A stretch of DNA of 64,000 nucleotides, taken from IMG/VR virus record IMGVR_UViG_3300026159_000398; one strand, written 5' to 3'. Source of the stretch: a virus. Taxonomy: Duplodnaviria; Caudoviricetes. Positions 18,482 to 28,905 of the stretch are shown piece by piece; within the stretch, counting starts at the first letter, position 1, and each line of letters starts with the position of its first letter. The notes under the pieces are model-generated. The model saw only the letters and a program-made list of their open reading frames with translations. It ran no database searches and was not told the origin of the DNA. Position numbers and translations under genes: made by a program.

Positions 18482-21400
18482 CTAAAATTGTACTATAACC
18501 TGTGTATCACGCATCACGCTGATAACTTTGATCTTTTCAATCTTCTTGATTGGTGTCCAAACGATCATTGAGATCATACCGCTACTTGCTTCAATAATTG
18601 CAGGGTCAGCATCAATCATTGCAGGGTCGGTAATAACTGCCCAATCTTTATCAATACCTTCTTCTGGTTTAATCGCTTGAGCGTTAATAAGAGGAGTGAT
18701 AATGTCTTTCTTAATAACAGCTTCAAATTCGTCTCTCGTATCTTTTGTGATAGGGAGGTAGAAGAAGTCAGGAACGATATTCATCAGCATGCGTTTCATG
18801 AACAATGAAACTCTCATGACGCCGATACGATTGTATGCGTTCTTTGTTCTTTGAGTCGTCTTCTGACCGTCAATGAAGAATCCTTGTTTGTTTGTGTAAA
18901 CGATTGGGTTGATATTGTTTCCAATATTGTCATCGTATGCACGACCTTTATCTTCTTCTGTAAGGTAAATTGCTATATCGTTGACATTTGCAAGAGGAGC
19001 AAATTTACCAGCAGCTGGAGTATATTGGTTGAATTCACGGTCAACAGCAACAATCGCAGGAACGGCTACTCGTGAAGGTGGCATCCATTGTTCGCTTGTA
19101 ACTGTAGAAGCTGTGTCAACCAAAACCCATGGGAAGTAAGTAACAAGGTACTTAGAATCCAATGTCATATTAAGAATGCTTGGAAGATCACCATTGTGCC
19201 AGTAAATCATTTGGTCGATAGAACCAAGCAACTTACCTGCTACAGTTTCAGGTGGGTCAACAACACCGAAGCAGTCTTTGCGGTATTCGCAAATTTCTTG
19301 GATTTTTGCAATAACGATTGCTGTGCTGTTTCCAGTTACGCAAAGCATGTCAACATCAAAGATGTCCATGTTTTTGTATTCGTTAAGAGCTGCAGAATAC
19401 TGAGCATCAGTTACTGCGTTGCTGATACCTGAAGTACCACCATTCAATTGATATGTTCCATCAGGAATTGGGTCAATTGTAGTTGGTGAACCAACAGGAA
19501 GAGTATAAGTAACGTAGTTCTGAAGTCTTGTGTCATTGTTGATCAAAGTTCCGAAGAACGTATTAGCTGCAACAGTAGAACTGTAATTCGTGATACGAGC
19601 AATCAAAGATGTGTCATTCCAGAATTCCATGTAAGGAATTCCATTTGAAGAACCTTTGATCATCTTGATGTTGTTGCCATCAGTACCAGTGTACTTAGCA
19701 GTCAGTGTACCCATATTCAGAGAAGCAGCTTCGCCTGCGTAAACGATATCTGTGTAGTCATAAGCTGCATCATTATCTTTTACTGCGAGGAAGTCAAGAA
19801 GATTTCCATTTTGTGCGTAGCGATAAACGCCAACGAACAAGTTGTCGATAGTCATCGCAGTAGCGGCTGCAACTGTACCGACTCTGAAAATCAGTGAGTA
19901 AGTTCCAGCAGCTTTTGAGTAGAATCCAAGTCTTATAGTTCCAGTTGTTGCAGGAACAGCTTGACTTGCGATTGTTACGCCATTATTGTCAACAATGTCA
20001 GCCTTAATGTTTGTAGCTGCGGCTGGAGCAGCTGACAATGTAAAATACATTTCCATGTATGTGTATGCTGGAGCTGTGAAGTGAACACCTGCTCCGCTTG
20101 TTGCGATTGCAGCTGAAGTTGTAGTAACAACCAAGTTTGCAGTTCCAAGAGCTGCAGAAACTCCAACTACTGGGCTAAGAGCAGCAGCAGGAGTTGTAGT
20201 CGTTGGTGTAGTACCTGGAGTAATGAGAATATCTCCACTTCCATTGATTGTAACTGTTGCTGCGCTCCATGTTCCTTCAGCTGCTCTTACTGCTGTTTGC
20301 ATGATTGCAAGTACTTGTGTCCAAGTATAACTTACACCAGCTGCCAAAACAGTAGAAACATCAACTGCTGAAACGTTAGGAGTTCCAGTTGCCAATGAGA
20401 ACTTATAAGTTCCTGCTGGTAGTGGGCAATGATCAGAACCAACGATACCATCACCGCTGAAAACTATTGTACAAGAATCAGTTCCAGCTGTGTAAGTAAT
20501 TGTTTGACCAGAGAAAAAGTCAAGAGAAACTTTCAAATCATCACTGAGAGTTGTGTATGAAGGAGAACCAGCGGCGAAGTCACCACCATTATCTGTACCA
20601 AGAAGGTTTAGAGCGGTTTCCATTCCATCGGTCAGCAAGTTTTGAGTAGGTTGGTCTTTGATTTCAATTGTGTAAGAAGAACCTTGATCGTTAGTTTGTA
20701 TTTCAAATTTACCAGAAGTTCCAAGGAAAGCAGTCGCATTAGCAGTGATTGCTGCATTGATTGCAGTTACAATAGCTTCTGCACTTGTATTAGCAGAAGT
20801 TGAAGTGCTTGGGTTCGTTGCTGTTACACTTGGAAAAACAACTGGGAAGCTCGTAATTCTTATAGAAGAACTTGCACCATATTCGTTGCTATTGATTGAG
20901 ATGGCGTCTGTTCCACTTTTACGAATGATGTTTTTTGGGTCGTAACCAGTCATACCAGTTACAGTACCAATAACTTGTTTCTTAAGAGCGTAAATCAGTT
21001 TGTCGATGTATGACATAACTGTCGCGCCAGTTAATCCACCGTAATTTTCGTCAGTTACTGCACCAACGCCTGTGAGCTTGCACAGAATGTCGCTTGAAGA
21101 ACTGATGATATATTGGTATGCAACACCATCAACAAACAATTCAATGTAGTCGCCTGCTGTAAAATTTGCAGCAGTCAGAGATTCGCTTGTGATTGCAGAA
21201 CAACGTGCACTCTTTGAAAGAGTTACAGTAGTGTCTCCACCACCATTCAATTCAACAACGAAGATATTGTCTGAGTCGTTGACTTTCAGTGATTTACCAG
21301 AAATGGCTTCTGCACCAACAAACTTGGCTGCAACAGCGGCTTTAGCAAGCAGTTTAGAAGCTGCAGTGTCAGAACCGTCTGTGATACGTGTGAAGAAGCA

Positions 21401-21655
21401 AGAAGGAACTACACCAAGAACAGCGGCTGCTGTTATGCCTGAATAATCTTTTGCCTCGACGTCGCGATTGACTTCAGAACCAAAATAGCTCTTGAAGTTT
21501 TTTATGATTTGTGTAGGAACGTTGACTGGTCCCCAGTTTGCAACTCCGACGAATGCAACTTTTGTACCAGTAATTCTGTCTACTAAAGTGGTAACTTCGA
21601 CACGTTCTTCGTATCCAAAGCCTTTACCAATTATATCGTTTACAGTTTCAGACAT
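18482..21655 (-). CDS. gp18: Contractile tail sheath protein with a large internal insertion (T4 gp18-like)
   Basis: AFVGVANWGPVN at the N-terminus; RKDCFGVVD, YFPWV, MPPS, INPI, GQKT, RIGVMR at the C-terminus. Confidence 0.92.
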   Translation of the reverse strand: MSETVNDIIGKGFGYEERVEVTTLVDRITGTKVAFVGVANWGPVNVPTQIIKNFKSYFGSEVNRDVEAKDYSGITAAAVLGVVPSCFFTRITDGSDTAASKLLAKAAVAAKFVGAEAISGKSLKVNDSDNIFVVELNGGGDTTVTLSKSARCSAITSESLTAANFTAGDYIELFVDGVAYQYIISSSSDILCKLTGVGAVTDENYGGLTGATVMSYIDKLIYALKKQVIGTVTGMTGYDPKNIIRKSGTDAISINSNEYGASSSIRITSFPVVFPSVTATNPSTSTSANTSAEAIVTAINAAITANATAFLGTSGKFEIQTNDQGSSYTIEIKDQPTQNLLTDGMETALNLLGTDNGGDFAAGSPSYTTLSDDLKVSLDFFSGQTITYTAGTDSCTIVFSGDGIVGSDHCPLPAGTYKFSLATGTPNVSAVDVSTVLAAGVSYTWTQVLAIMQTAVRAAEGTWSAATVTINGSGDILITPGTTPTTTTPAAALSPVVGVSAALGTANLVVTTTSAAIATSGAGVHFTAPAYTYMEMYFTLSAAPAAATNIKADIVDNNGVTIASQAVPATTGTIRLGFYSKAAGTYSLIFRVGTVAAATAMTIDNLFVGVYRYAQNGNLLDFLAVKDNDAAYDYTDIVYAGEAASLNMGTLTAKYTGTDGNNIKMIKGSSNGIPYMEFWNDTSLIARITNYSSTVAANTFFGTLINNDTRLQNYVTYTLPVGSPTTIDPIPDGTYQLNGGTSGISNAVTDAQYSAALNEYKNMDIFDVDMLCVTGNSTAIVIAKIQEICEYRKDCFGVVDPPETVAGKLLGSIDQMIYWHNGDLPSILNMTLDSKYLVTYFPWVLVDTASTVTSEQWMPPSRVAVPAIVAVDREFNQYTPAAGKFAPLANVNDIAIYLTEEDKGRAYDDNIGNNINPIVYTNKQGFFIDGQKTTQRTKNAYNRIGVMRVSLFMKRMLMNIVPDFFYLPITKDTRDEFEAVIKKDIITPLINAQAIKPEEGIDKDWAVITDPAMIDADPAIIEASSGMISMIVWTPIKKIEKIKVISVMRDTQVIVQF

Positions 21656-21670
21656 GTAAGTTCTCCTTGA

Positions 21671-21847
21671 TTATATTTCTTCAATAGTGATTAGTTTCTT
21701 TGCTTGAAGCGCTTTTAGACTTTGAGGAATTTCATCCATTTGAATTGTGATCGACTGTCCTTTCTTTGGTATGACGACTGATTGCGTAGGGCTTACAGGA
21801 ACAGGAGTCGAAACATACAATTTACTCGTTATTTTAAAAGTTTTCAT
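21671..21847 (-). CDS. Small hypothetical protein (58 aa)
   Basis: GGAGG RBS; MKTFKITSKLYVSTPVP... Confidence 0.6.
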   Translation of the reverse strand: MKTFKITSKLYVSTPVPVSPTQSVVIPKKGQSITIQMDEIPQSLKALQAKKLITIEEI

Positions 21848-21913
21848 TAGTCCTCCGAATATAATGCGTTCGATAATATATTAAAAGATTTGGTTGAATA
21901 ATAACGCAAAAAA

Positions 21914-22648
21914 TTAGTGTCCAGTTGCAATTTCATCTTTGATGACATCAACAACATTATCACCATCATAAACTTGCATTTCTGAGCCAATATAAATTTT
22001 GTCATAAACTGGAACTCTGTATACATTGAAGGGAACAATCGTATGAGCGCTAATTGTAAAAGTAGTTTTGATTGCGTCACGTGTTTCCTTCATTTCCAAA
22101 CCTTCAATATTGGTTTCGTTCGCAATATTGTCAGAAAGTTTCAAAGGCATCAGCAAATAACTAGTTTTGTCGTTAATGACCTTTTGACCATTGACTATCG
22201 ACGTGTCTGGAAAATACACCAATGACATTTCACCCAAAGGAAAACATTGGAGCAATTCATGAATGATACAATCACGTTCACGTAATGTGTTTGTCCAGAG
22301 GTTGAAACTCCATGTGACATCGTAGTGCATTGGTGCACGAGTCATCGCAACAGTCTTTGTTACAGGGTCATAAGAATCAGGGTCCCAAATATGGATGCCA
22401 ATTCTTTCGCGTGTTTTATCACGTTGATTTTCTGCTTCCCAGAAATTCAACATAGGAAGCACGATTTTATTATTAAATTTATTCTGAAGATAACGGAATG
22501 CCGCTCTTGGTGTTCCATAAACGATTTGCAAAGTCAATGGAGTCATTTCATTATTCCATTTGATCGTTTGAAAATGCACCTTGAAGAAGTCATACAGTTC
22601 AAGAACGTATATGCCCCAAAGATATTGTGGAAGTACTTCTTCTATCAT
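21914..22648 (-). CDS. Tail completion/sheath stabiliser (gp15-like)
   Basis: IVYGTP..AF, LPML, P..YDVTWSFNLW; position between neck and sheath genes. Confidence 0.65.
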   Translation of the reverse strand: MIEEVLPQYLWGIYVLELYDFFKVHFQTIKWNNEMTPLTLQIVYGTPRAAFRYLQNKFNNKIVLPMLNFWEAENQRDKTRERIGIHIWDPDSYDPVTKTVAMTRAPMHYDVTWSFNLWTNTLRERDCIIHELLQCFPLGEMSLVYFPDTSIVNGQKVINDKTSYLLMPLKLSDNIANETNIEGLEMKETRDAIKTTFTISAHTIVPFNVYRVPVYDKIYIGSEMQVYDGDNVVDVIKDEIATGH

Positions 22649-23115
22649 TTAATTACGCCTTTCTCAAATCGTTTTTCAAACTTCGTATCGGCATTTGAAG
22701 GGTCGATATAAAAATCACTGAGATCTTTTTTATCTTTCTCTGTTAAATCGGCCCCAGTTTTATCTGCTAATAAAGAAAGAACCTCTTGGCTTATACCCAT
22801 ACCAGTTCCATGACATCCAGCAATGATAGCATTTCGTTCTGCTTTGCTGTTTGTCTGAATCGAAATATTGGTGATGGGTTTCTTTGGGTCGGGCTGCTCA
22901 ATAACCAACTGAGTATCAATTCGAGCAACGATTGGATCTTTTGATTTCGATTCTGATTTGACCACAATCGTTTCAAGTTGATCTTTTAATGACGCATATA
23001 AGTCTTGTGCAAATTGTTTTGTGCGTTCGCTAGCCGCCATTAAAAGTTCGTCACCAAACGCTTTCTTAAACTTCTCTAAATCTTTAGTGACTTGTTTTAG
23101 GTTATTGATTTCCAT
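22645..23115 (-). CDS. Hypothetical virion-module protein
   Basis: 156 aa, translationally coupled. Confidence 0.65.
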   Translation of the reverse strand: MEINNLKQVTKDLEKFKKAFGDELLMAASERTKQFAQDLYASLKDQLETIVVKSESKSKDPIVARIDTQLVIEQPDPKKPITNISIQTNSKAERNAIIAGCHGTGMGISQEVLSLLADKTGADLTEKDKKDLSDFYIDPSNADTKFEKRFEKGVIK

Positions 23116-23417
23116 TATAATTTATTTACGTCAATAGGAAATTGGCCAAACTCCATGACACCTTGTTGATACACGTTCTTAAGTTTATTGGCATTCTCTT
23201 TAACAATTTGAATATTGTTATTGTTGGCTGCATAAACTATTGCATCAATAAGTTTTTCTTGGGCCTCAATAAAAGTCTGAAACTTCGAGAACACTTTTTG
23301 AATGTGTTCTTTTGTATTCTCCTTTTGTTGAGCAGGTGCCTCAGTACCAAATTCATCCTCATCCCAATTGATAGGATTAAAGGCACTGACGCCAAGTTCG
23401 TGTTCTTTAGCTTTCAT
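23115..23417 (-). CDS. Hypothetical protein
   Basis: 100 aa, TAATG-coupled. Confidence 0.65.
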   Translation of the reverse strand: MKAKEHELGVSAFNPINWDEDEFGTEAPAQQKENTKEHIQKVFSKFQTFIEAQEKLIDAIVYAANNNNIQIVKENANKLKNVYQQGVMEFGQFPIDVNKL

Positions 23418-23896
23418 TATTTCTCTGGTTTTTCTTCAGGAAGTTCTTCACCTTCAGGAGCGACTTCGCCACCTTCTTCTTCTTCTTCGCCACCTTCTTC
23501 AGGGTTTTCTTCTTCCTCTTCTTCTTCTTCTTCGCCTTCTTTTTCGAACTTGTAACCGTCAACGATTTCAAGTATCTTATTCATGTAGTCAGAAAACTCA
23601 TCGTCATCTTCTACACTGTCTTGAAGAACTTGAATGATATTAGATATCAGTTCGACTTTGGCGTCGTTGCTCATTGACTTCAGGTCGATATTTTTGAGCG
23701 TGTCGTCAGCTTCGTCCATATCGTCTTTGCCTTTCTCGTCTTTAGGAGCTTTGAAGTCCATAGTAACTTCTTCTTCTTTTTGCGTCTTGCCACCTTTATC
23801 ATCTTTATCTTCAGCAGCTTCCATGATAGGGGCGAGAGCGCCGCGTTTTCCATCCAACATTCCGTTGAATGCATCAAGAATTTGTTTTTCGTTCAT
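23417..23896 (-). CDS. Highly acidic protein, prohead-core-like
   Basis: Start MNEKQILDAF after GGAG; poly-Glu C-terminus. Confidence 0.65.
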   Translation of the reverse strand: MNEKQILDAFNGMLDGKRGALAPIMEAAEDKDDKGGKTQKEEEVTMDFKAPKDEKGKDDMDEADDTLKNIDLKSMSNDAKVELISNIIQVLQDSVEDDDEFSDYMNKILEIVDGYKFEKEGEEEEEEEEENPEEGGEEEEEGGEVAPEGEELPEEKPEK

Positions 23897-23946
23897 GAAT
23901 TTCTCCAATGTAAATTGTTTCTAATGATTATATATTAAACACGACT

Positions 23947-25107
23947 CTATAAAAGTCTATGTTTTCTTCCTAATTTTTGTCTTAATTTTGTGATATGAAA
24001 TACTATTTGGCTAGCCAATTCATCTTGAATTTCAGCATCGGTAGATTCTGCATCGAGACCGTATTCTTTGACGACATACGATTTGAGCCATGGATTTTCT
24101 TTAAGATATTGTTTAGCCAATGATTCGACTTTCTTATCGAACTCTTCGTATTCTGTTGGAACGCCACGTGTTTCTTCTGTGGCGCCATACATAAGTTTGA
24201 GAAAGTCACGATCATAATTCTCTTCTTTCTTGGCTTCCATTTTGCCTTTCTTTTTGTAGCCAATTCCTTTATTCAATTGACCAAGAACCTTTTCGCCACG
24301 TTTCATTTCTTCTGAACTGCGCAGTGTTCTGAAATACTTTTCAAGAGCGGCAATTGATGTTATGTCATGATCGCTTTCTGGCCACAGAATATTTCTATTT
24401 GCCTCAGAAATATTATCAGCGATAGTCCATAAAGTATCTTCAATACGTTTATCGAATTCATATTTATTAAGGGCTTTCTGTAATTCGGTTACAACTTTGC
24501 TGACTAAGCCACTCATAAATTTACTTGTGGATTCTTGTCCTTCGGTTTTAAAATTCAAAAATTGGCTTTCATCAAATTCATATTCAGCATCAGATTCACT
24601 GATTTGTTTTAAAGCATTAAGAGCTTTCAGTATCGCAGTTTCGATATGTGAAGAAGAACCCTTCAGAAATTCAGAAGCAAAAACGAATTTACCTTTACGA
24701 GCACCACTTTCCAGTTGTTTCGTAACTTCGGTTTGTCTTTCACCTTGAGAATGCAGGATGTTCTTCCAGATTTCTTTTGCTTTGGCGATCTTTTGTGCTT
24801 CAGATAATCCTTTGTCGCCGTTTGGTTTTATGAATTTTAAATCTTCTTTTTCAAAGGCATTATCATCTCCAAAGAGATTCAAGATTTCTTCAATGCTCCA
24901 TTTAGGCAGAAGTTCAGTGTTAGCAAGAGCCATAGCGACATATTTGCCAGTTTCACTGACAGTATTGCCAAGCTTATTTACCAAAGTAAGTTCCTTTGGA
25001 GGCTTTCTTGAATATTGTTTCGCTTTTGCAGCCAATTGAGACATAGGAATAATTTTGGCAGCTTTAGACGTTCTTTCGCCTTTTACCATTTCAAGATATT
25101 CTTTCAT
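23947..25107 (-). CDS. Tagged hypothetical protein (386 aa)
   Basis: MKEYLEMVKG start, TAATG-coupled to the gp14-like gene. Confidence 0.75.
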   Translation of the reverse strand: MKEYLEMVKGERTSKAAKIIPMSQLAAKAKQYSRKPPKELTLVNKLGNTVSETGKYVAMALANTELLPKWSIEEILNLFGDDNAFEKEDLKFIKPNGDKGLSEAQKIAKAKEIWKNILHSQGERQTEVTKQLESGARKGKFVFASEFLKGSSSHIETAILKALNALKQISESDAEYEFDESQFLNFKTEGQESTSKFMSGLVSKVVTELQKALNKYEFDKRIEDTLWTIADNISEANRNILWPESDHDITSIAALEKYFRTLRSSEEMKRGEKVLGQLNKGIGYKKKGKMEAKKEENYDRDFLKLMYGATEETRGVPTEYEEFDKKVESLAKQYLKENPWLKSYVVKEYGLDAESTDAEIQDELASQIVFHITKLRQKLGRKHRLL

Positions 25108-25643
25108 TATAGATACCCAATAAAATCCTTAATTGATTGTGGAACTTCAGCCATTGGTGTTTGTTCAGCATAAATGTGCCAGTTGAGATACTTCATATTG
25201 AAGTTGTCAAATGGAACTACAGAACCAATTGTATAAAATACGTTGCGGTAGTTTTGATCATCCACAACATAACTAATTCTAAAAATGTCGCCAGCAACTG
25301 GTTGAGTATGGTTGCAAAGTAGAAAATCATCGACGTTCGTCACGCCAGTTATTTCTTCGATTTGTTCAGCACCTAAGCGAGTCAACTCAACCAGAATTGG
25401 GTTGATTTCAATGAACATATAAACTCTATTAGGGTCTTTGAACGTATGAAGCGCAGTGCCTGATGATTTTTCACCATAAATAGTATCAAGTTGATCTTGA
25501 GAAGCTACAGTCGCCGTTCTATCAAGACTCCAATAATAAATCAATGGAGAGATTGCTCTTATAAAATCCGCGTCGATTGTAGAAGCGAGAGCGTACTCCG
25601 GGGACCTTGGCTCGAACACACGAGCATTATTAGGTCTATACAT
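25107..25643 (-). CDS. Neck/head-closure protein (gp14-like)
   Basis: YY...D..YGE...LTRLG...PVAGDIF pattern and synteny. Confidence 0.65.
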   Translation of the reverse strand: MYRPNNARVFEPRSPEYALASTIDADFIRAISPLIYYWSLDRTATVASQDQLDTIYGEKSSGTALHTFKDPNRVYMFIEINPILVELTRLGAEQIEEITGVTNVDDFLLCNHTQPVAGDIFRISYVVDDQNYRNVFYTIGSVVPFDNFNMKYLNWHIYAEQTPMAEVPQSIKDFIGYL

Positions 25644-26202
25644 GTCGAGCCTCCTTATTTAATTTAATCATGTTTATTTTACTTTGTTGTCTGCCACGCT
25701 CGCTTTTATTGTATGTAATAATTCTATTTTTTAATGATTCTCTTTCTTCATCACTAACAAATCTTTTTTTACCAAGTTTAGCTATAGAAAGTTTGTGTCT
25801 GGTTTCTAAAGATGCTTTAGTGCCTTTGTTGTGTGCCGGTTTTCCTTTTTTTGCTGCAGACATTTTTTGTCTTGCTTCTAATGACATTTTTCTGCCTTTT
25901 AATTTGGAACCATTACCACCATCACCACCAATAGTTTCATTATATCCATTTTTATAAGTATCAAATAATTGAATAAAATGTTTTTCAAGTTGTTTTAAAT
26001 CATCTTTATTATCTGATTCTTTAATAATTTCAAATTTTATATTCTCAATTCCATATTTTCTTAGAACGTTGACAATTGAACGTTTACAATTTGGAGTGTT
26101 GATTTCTCTTACATATCGAGAATGTAATCGTACTAAAGATGAAGTCCATTTTCCAATATAAACTTTATTATTATTTGGGTTAGTGTATTTATAAATAAAC
26201 AT
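25636..26202 (-). CDS. GIY-YIG homing endonuclease
   Basis: MFIYKYTN...VYIGK, GYNETIGGDG, NUMOD3-like repeats. Confidence 0.9.
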   Translation of the reverse strand: MFIYKYTNPNNNKVYIGKWTSSLVRLHSRYVREINTPNCKRSIVNVLRKYGIENIKFEIIKESDNKDDLKQLEKHFIQLFDTYKNGYNETIGGDGGNGSKLKGRKMSLEARQKMSAAKKGKPAHNKGTKASLETRHKLSIAKLGKKRFVSDEERESLKNRIITYNKSERGRQQSKINMIKLNKEARHV

Positions 26203-28127
26203 TACACACCTTGCATTTTAGTTTTGAATTTGTCGATCGCTCCCGCTACTTTATATGCTGCTTTGACTCCTTTTCCAGCAGAACTTAAATAAGCATTCTG
26301 CATAATTTTATGTAACGAGGTTTCATTAAATTGATTCAATGCTCTTTCTGTGTCGGCTTTGGCTTTGATTATCGCTTCGTTAATTTTGGTAGCATTTTTA
26401 TTTAATACAGTGGCGTTAAAAATTTCACTACTAAAATCAGTAGATTGTTTGCTGACATTAAACTGATTAAGTATATTTTTGAATTCATCGTTCTTTGCTT
26501 GTTTCAAAAGAACATCAACAATTTTATTAAATTTAGCCTGATCAGACAACTCGTTTAAATTGGTTGGAATTGCTGATGTAAAATTTTGTAGTAATTTGCC
26601 AAGTGATTTGAATTGACCACCAATACCCTTGGCTATTGTGTCAAGAACACCTTCTTCAAACACCTCTTCATTAAAGGTTTTATTAGAAACAACCAGCGAT
26701 TTGAAATGTTGGGCGAATGATGACAAGAAAGACATAACTGTTGCCATCGTAATCATTGCTACTGCCTGACGCATTGCATTGTTTTTTGCTACTGAGAGAG
26801 CATTAACATCTGGTTTTGTTTGTTGCTGCACCGGTTGTTGAGGTTGATCTTTTGGAGCAGCCTCTTTTTGTGATTGTTTTGTTGATGTTGTTGCCGGTTT
26901 TGCTGGTGCGCCAAGTTGTTGTTTTTGAGCTGATGGTAAATTTTTATTTAGTGCATCAGTTACAGCATCCAATTCACCCATTTCACGATAAAATTTGTGA
27001 TTTGGTAATCTTATTTTTGAAACATCTCCAAAGAAAACATGGTCATTAACCGTATCCATAAGTGTGCGTTCTTCTAGAGCTGGTTTAACAGAACCAATTG
27101 TTTGTCCTTGAAAGACTTTGTTTGCTGCTACATTAAGCATTTCAGTCAAAGAAGAAATTTTGCCGGATAATGTTTTATAAGCACCACCCATAATTTCATC
27201 TAATTTTCCAGTTTGTTTAAGAACATCCACAACATCAGAAGCTGATAAATCACCAGTAAAATTATTCGCTACCGTAGAACCAAATATTTTGGAGAATGTT
27301 TTTTCTTTATCATTCAGTACGCCATCAATCAATTTGGCAAATGTTTTAAATTTATCTGGACCATATCCAAGTTCAGCTAATTGATTGAAAAGAACTCCAT
27401 GAATTATTCTTCCGCCTCTATCAGAATCAAAGAATGTTTTTAGTGCGGTTTGTGGGTCATGAAAATCCTGCTTTACTCGTTCCTGAATATTTGAATAAGT
27501 ATCAGAAACGAATTTTTCTGCATCTTGCGCATCGGCAAGAGAATTTTTAAATTCTTGGCTACCAGTATTCATAGCGACAAGAATTTTATTTACTACACCA
27601 GCTTTAGAGGCACTCTTTGGAGTAGCTTCTTTTAATGCAGCCACAGAAAGAGGTTTTTCGCCATCACTGGTTTGAATTGATTTATCATAATCTGCAAGAA
27701 GTGTTGATTTCAGTTGAGGCGTTTCTTGCATTTGTTTAATGATGTCTTCATCTTTGACTGTCTTGCGCTTTTCAGCAAGTCCGTTTACAAGATAACTAAA
27801 CATTGCGGCACGAGAAAAATTATTTATTTCTCTTTTTAATGCAACGCCAACTTCATCTTTTGTTTTTGTTTCAGTTGGAGTTTCTGTTGGTTGTGTACCT
27901 TGCTCTAGACCTTGAATAATTGGATCTGCACCTCCAGCTGGGTCTGTTGGGTCTCCAGCAGGTTTTTCTGCTTCCATGAAGATTTTGAATGGGCGTTCGA
28001 AAGCAACATCCAAAAGTAGTTCATTGAACGTTTTGGTGTTCTTTTCAAGCTCCTCACGATACGGCTTGATTTGTTCTGCTTGCTTGAGGTGTTGTTCAAG
28101 AATCTCGTAATAGAATTTTTCAACCAT
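26202..28127 (-). CDS. Large helical hypothetical protein, candidate internal head protein (641 aa)
   Basis: N-terminus MVEKFYYEILEQ; low-complexity linkers. Confidence 0.7.
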   Translation of the reverse strand: MVEKFYYEILEQHLKQAEQIKPYREELEKNTKTFNELLLDVAFERPFKIFMEAEKPAGDPTDPAGGADPIIQGLEQGTQPTETPTETKTKDEVGVALKREINNFSRAAMFSYLVNGLAEKRKTVKDEDIIKQMQETPQLKSTLLADYDKSIQTSDGEKPLSVAALKEATPKSASKAGVVNKILVAMNTGSQEFKNSLADAQDAEKFVSDTYSNIQERVKQDFHDPQTALKTFFDSDRGGRIIHGVLFNQLAELGYGPDKFKTFAKLIDGVLNDKEKTFSKIFGSTVANNFTGDLSASDVVDVLKQTGKLDEIMGGAYKTLSGKISSLTEMLNVAANKVFQGQTIGSVKPALEERTLMDTVNDHVFFGDVSKIRLPNHKFYREMGELDAVTDALNKNLPSAQKQQLGAPAKPATTSTKQSQKEAAPKDQPQQPVQQQTKPDVNALSVAKNNAMRQAVAMITMATVMSFLSSFAQHFKSLVVSNKTFNEEVFEEGVLDTIAKGIGGQFKSLGKLLQNFTSAIPTNLNELSDQAKFNKIVDVLLKQAKNDEFKNILNQFNVSKQSTDFSSEIFNATVLNKNATKINEAIIKAKADTERALNQFNETSLHKIMQNAYLSSAGKGVKAAYKVAGAIDKFKTKMQGV

Positions 28128-28137
28128 GGGAAATTCC

Positions 28138-28905
28138 TTAATTTTGTAATAGAGGCAGAGGTCTTTGCATTCCTTTTAATTCAGTCTCAAGTTTTTCTAT
28201 TGAGGCTGCTGCTTCTGTTTTTAAAGCTTCACCGTCTGCGGCCAAGTTTGTTCCTGTTGCATTGACACCACTAAACTTGCTTCTAATAGTACCAAGCATC
28301 ATCTTAGCACAAGCTAGAGCATATTTCTTTATCCAAATTTGCTCTTCAGCTTCAGACTCTGTTAATGTGCCTTTGTATAAAATGCCAACATCTGTGACTG
28401 GTTGATTGATAGGAAAGAGATAAATCTTGTTGTCCAAGATTTCCCACATCTTGTCAATGCCAACAATCTTCTTGATATCTTCAAGGCGTTGTAAATATGT
28501 ATAGTATAAAGGCAAATTAAACTGTGAAAAAATATTAAGAATACCCTGTTGGTTGAAAACAGGTATGACAGTTCCTTCGAATTCTCCGATAAAACCACCA
28601 GCTGCGATACCAGAACCAAGGCTATCAAAAAAGCTGGATGGAAATAGAATATCAACAATCATTTCTTTATTCAATCCAGTTGGAATATCAAATGGATTTG
28701 AAACAATCGTTTGATGAATAAGACGATAATCTACAGTTGCGTATCTATGATACATTGTCAAGGCGTCGATGATGGCAGTTCTGATATGTTCTTCTGTCAA
28801 TTCAACGCGTACAAGTGGATATCCTAAAGAATATAAAATATAATTCTTAAGATTGACGTAGTGATTGGTGTATTCAGCGGCGTTTACATCTTGATTTATA
28901 TACAT
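28138..28905 (-). CDS. gp13: Neck/head-tail adaptor (gp13-like)
   Basis: LKNYILYSLGYPLVRVEL...WIKKYALA..K..LG.IRSKF. Confidence 0.85.
   Translation of the reverse strand: MYINQDVNAAEYTNHYVNLKNYILYSLGYPLVRVELTEEHIRTAIIDALTMYHRYATVDYRLIHQTIVSNPFDIPTGLNKEMIVDILFPSSFFDSLGSGIAAGGFIGEFEGTVIPVFNQQGILNIFSQFNLPLYYTYLQRLEDIKKIVGIDKMWEILDNKIYLFPINQPVTDVGILYKGTLTESEAEEQIWIKKYALACAKMMLGTIRSKFSGVNATGTNLAADGEALKTEAAASIEKLETELKGMQRPLPLLQN

Noticed and set aside
23460-23540. TTC/TCT trinucleotide runs, also near 39330
   Set aside because: They simply encode poly-Glu or poly-Asp tracts of acidic proteins
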